The translations under genes were made by a program, and so were the position numbers. Under the pieces are notes generated by a model. That model did not search any database and had not been told where the DNA came from. It saw nothing but the letters and a program-made list of their open reading frames with translations. A stretch of DNA of 64,000 bases from Glaucostegus cemiculus (taxonomy: Eukaryota). Positions 63,621-64,000 of the stretch are shown in pieces (position 1 is the first letter of the stretch; every line of letters begins with the position of its first letter). The stretch spans positions 4,526,001-4,590,000 of the forward strand of contig CDPCPM010000103.1 of assembly GCA_976551045.1 (NCBI GenBank). The letters are read 5' to 3'.

Positions 63621-64000
63621 CGTGTATATCTGGCTGTGTATCTGTCAATGTATCAGCGTGTCTGTTTGTTTCTTACTTTGCCTAACAACTGATTTACTGC
63701 GATGTAACTTTTTTGAATCGCCATCATTGTATATGTCGGTTAATACTGTTTGTCGCTGGAGTTAGCCCTCTCTTTTGCCGATCTTAAATGCGGTTCTCTT
63801 ACCTTGTGTTGTGTAGTTCCATGTGTATCTATGAATTCTTCATACTCTGGTTCATCACAGGTTGTTCTCTGGCTCTATGACAGTTGTAGCCAGATTTGGT
63901 TTTTTTCTGCGCCAGCTATCCTGAATTATTCTACTTAATGCTTTCTCGCCATGTCATTCCTGCTAATGCAGCTCTGGTTTATTCTTATCGAGATTCCTTG

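Larger units (their letters stand above)
55820..64000. promoter_or_regulatory. CpG-retaining, repeat-poor, AT-rich domain (putative non-methylated island)
   Basis: No CpG in 53161-53880, versus six CpGs in 60241-60300 alone. CpGs occur in most lines from about 55.8 kb to the end, and I see no long LINE insertions there. Confidence 0.65.

Noticed and set aside
63370-63765. 131-aa and 90-aa ORFs with YLSI repeats
   Set aside because: They are translations of the (TCTA)n microsatellite.
1-64000. Naming the neighbouring developmental gene or the species
   Set aside because: No exon or diagnostic sequence allows it; a synteny search is needed.

Overview
This is AT-rich, non-coding vertebrate DNA. 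Its repeat content (CR1 and L2 LINE relics, a V-domain tRNA-SINE, a Deu-domain SINE and many Penelope-type terminal repeats) points to a cartilaginous fish, probably a ray (inference). I find no credible host protein-coding gene: the ORF track is chance ORFs plus decayed LINE reverse-transcriptase fragments. Main structures: (1) about ten copies of a Penelope-like terminal repeat carrying a minimal type I hammerhead ribozyme motif, several as short inverted pairs whose junction lies in or next to the ribozyme; (2) a highly degenerate 28-bp tandem array from about 43.1 to 49.6 kb (traces to 52.3 kb) split by CR1 insertions, one of them nested; (3) two perfect 20-21 bp hairpins with 4-nt loops; (4) repeat-free, homeodomain-motif-rich blocks that look like conserved non-coding elements; (5) an abrupt switch near 55.8 kb from CpG-depleted to CpG-retaining but still AT-rich sequence, suggesting an unmethylated domain near a regulatory gene outside the window. 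There is a 152-N assembly gap at 41843-41994. Repeat family names come from visible motifs and recalled family features, not from a database search, and boundaries of old relics are approximate.
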